From positions 2,304,001 through 2,368,000 of the forward strand of contig OZ244252.1 of the NCBI GenBank assembly GCA_965217185.1: 64,000 nt of DNA, written 5' to 3'. Numbering within the stretch: the stretch's first letter is position 1; every line of letters begins with the position of its first letter. The position numbers were made by a program, and so were the translations under genes. Shown here piece after piece: positions 63,801 to 64,000 of the stretch. The DNA is from an uncultured Candidatus Entotheonella sp. (GTDB lineage Bacteria; Tectomicrobia; Entotheonellia; Entotheonellales; Entotheonellaceae). The notes below the pieces were generated by a model, which was not told the DNA's origin, did not search any database, and saw only the letters and a list, made by a program, of their open reading frames with translations.

Positions 63801-63854
63801 TTCGATCCTGATCTGGGAGGGCAAGGAGTCGGGGTCCTCAAGGACATTCGGTGA
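60849..63854 (+). CDS. Secreted protein: dockerin-like domain, PKD/REJ-like domain and 21 RCC1/BLIP-II-like repeats
   Basis: Signal peptide ending SGA-Q; DGDVDQNGSVTVADA...DGNITASDA; PLANAGPD...FQLTVTDDDG; repeats FxSxSAGxxHTCGLRETGAVECWGxxxxGQSTPPAG. Confidence 0.92.
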   Translation: MIQRPQRLLSCVLGQRTTCRHVSSLLLVALIVIGLPVLSGAQQTCQPDGDVDQNGSVTVADALLAFQQALSLADLSACQQSVADVSPQPGAPDGNITASDAFCIFQKALGLPSCLDILPPPNEPPLANAGPDKIIVEGAVVTLSGAGSDSDGVIVSHTWKQTGGTRVSIVGAARAAAAFTAPDVSMDETLTFQLTVTDDDGATDSDDVSVTVGTGVEGFISVSAGYHHTCGLRETGTVECWGRDEYGQSTPLADTFTSLSAGGFHTCGLRETGVVTCWGDNDYGQSTPPAGTFVSVGAGVFHTCGLRETGAVECWGSNGHGQSTPPADTFTSLSAGGFHTCGLRETGAVECWGWDSDGQSTPPAGPFVSLSVGIFHTCGLRETGAVECWGSNGHDRSTPPAGTFTSLSAGYRHTCGLRETDAVECWGSTAHGRSTPPAGTFASVSAGGFHTCGVYETGAMKCWGDAEYGRSTPPAGTVTSVSVGYHHTCGVRETGAVECWGSDDYGQSTSPAGTFTSVSAGGFHTCGLRETGAVECWGWDSDGQSTPPAGPFVSVSARYYHTCGLRDTGAVECWGSNGHGRSTPPAGMFVSLSAGYHHTCGLRETGAAECWGSDERGQSTLPAGIFTSVSAGGFHTCGVGETGAVKCWGDDEYGQSTPLAGPFVSVSAGYHHTCGLRETGAVECWGSDEHGQSTPLAGTFTSVSARYYHTCGIRETGAVECWGSSSHGRSTPPAGTTSVSSRYYHTCGLRETGAVECWGDDEYGQSTPPAGAFTSLSAGYRHTCGLRETGAVECWGGDGYGQGTPPAGTFTSVSAGYRHTCGLRDTGTVACWGSNGYGRSTPPAGMFVSVSAGYHHTCGVRETGAMACWGSDEFGQSTPLAGTFVSVSAGYHHTCGLRETGAVACWGGDDDGQSTRLAGAFVSVSAGVSHTCGLRETGAVECWGSNGHGRSTPPAGTFTSVSAGGAQTCGVRNIGTVACWGDDEFDPDLGGQGVGVLKDIR
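61503..63791 (+). repeat. Tandem array of 111-bp coding repeats (21 units; unit 15 is 108 bp; last unit partial)
   Basis: Recurring CACACCTGCGGGTTGCG...TGCTGGGG; units counted from the HTCG/CWG motifs in the translation. Confidence 0.95.
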
Positions 63855-64000
63855 GACGATGAGACCGGTTTTCCTTACCAGAACGTATGACAATCCTCAG
63901 GTGCGCTTACCCCGCCTAAAATTGGAAATCCGCCGACACGGCACAATGATCGGGATGCTCGCCGTGCCGGGGCCATTCGTGGGCCGAGTCCGGCACCAGC

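Overview
GC-rich chromosomal window from a diderm bacterium (BamD, ExbBD and SurA are present). The gene content suggests Nitrospirota/Nitrospinota/Tectomicrobia-like or deltaproteobacterial lineages, possibly a host-associated symbiont; this is inference only. Most of the window is housekeeping: ilvBN, tsaB, bamD-pgsA-plsY-tRNA(Gly,Cys,Leu), dnaE, guaB, mutL, mnmA, rsmD, hem genes, ddl, ndk-sucCD, rsmA, lepB, a pyrR-B-C-carAB-pyrD operon and surA. It also holds a complete Pup-proteasome operon (arc-dop-pup-prcB-prcA-pafA), an MshA-like glycosyltransferase next to two GNATs, and a secreted dockerin/PKD protein with 21 RCC1-like repeats. Three integrase-free accessory inserts are present: (i) a 1485-aa NACHT-like ATPase/PD-(D/E)XK nuclease plus a frameshifted doc inside the hem operon; (ii) type III-like Res, PIN, Mod and a RelE-like/UvrD helicase; (iii) a vapBC pair. 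Two signals stand out. First, in both defence inserts the large nuclease ends in an antitoxin-like C-terminal tail and overlaps a toxin gene that carries a single crippling lesion. Second, three copies of a ~35-bp palindromic element are inserted in frame inside carB (two) and pyrC (one). No CRISPR array, rRNA, integrase or transposase was seen.
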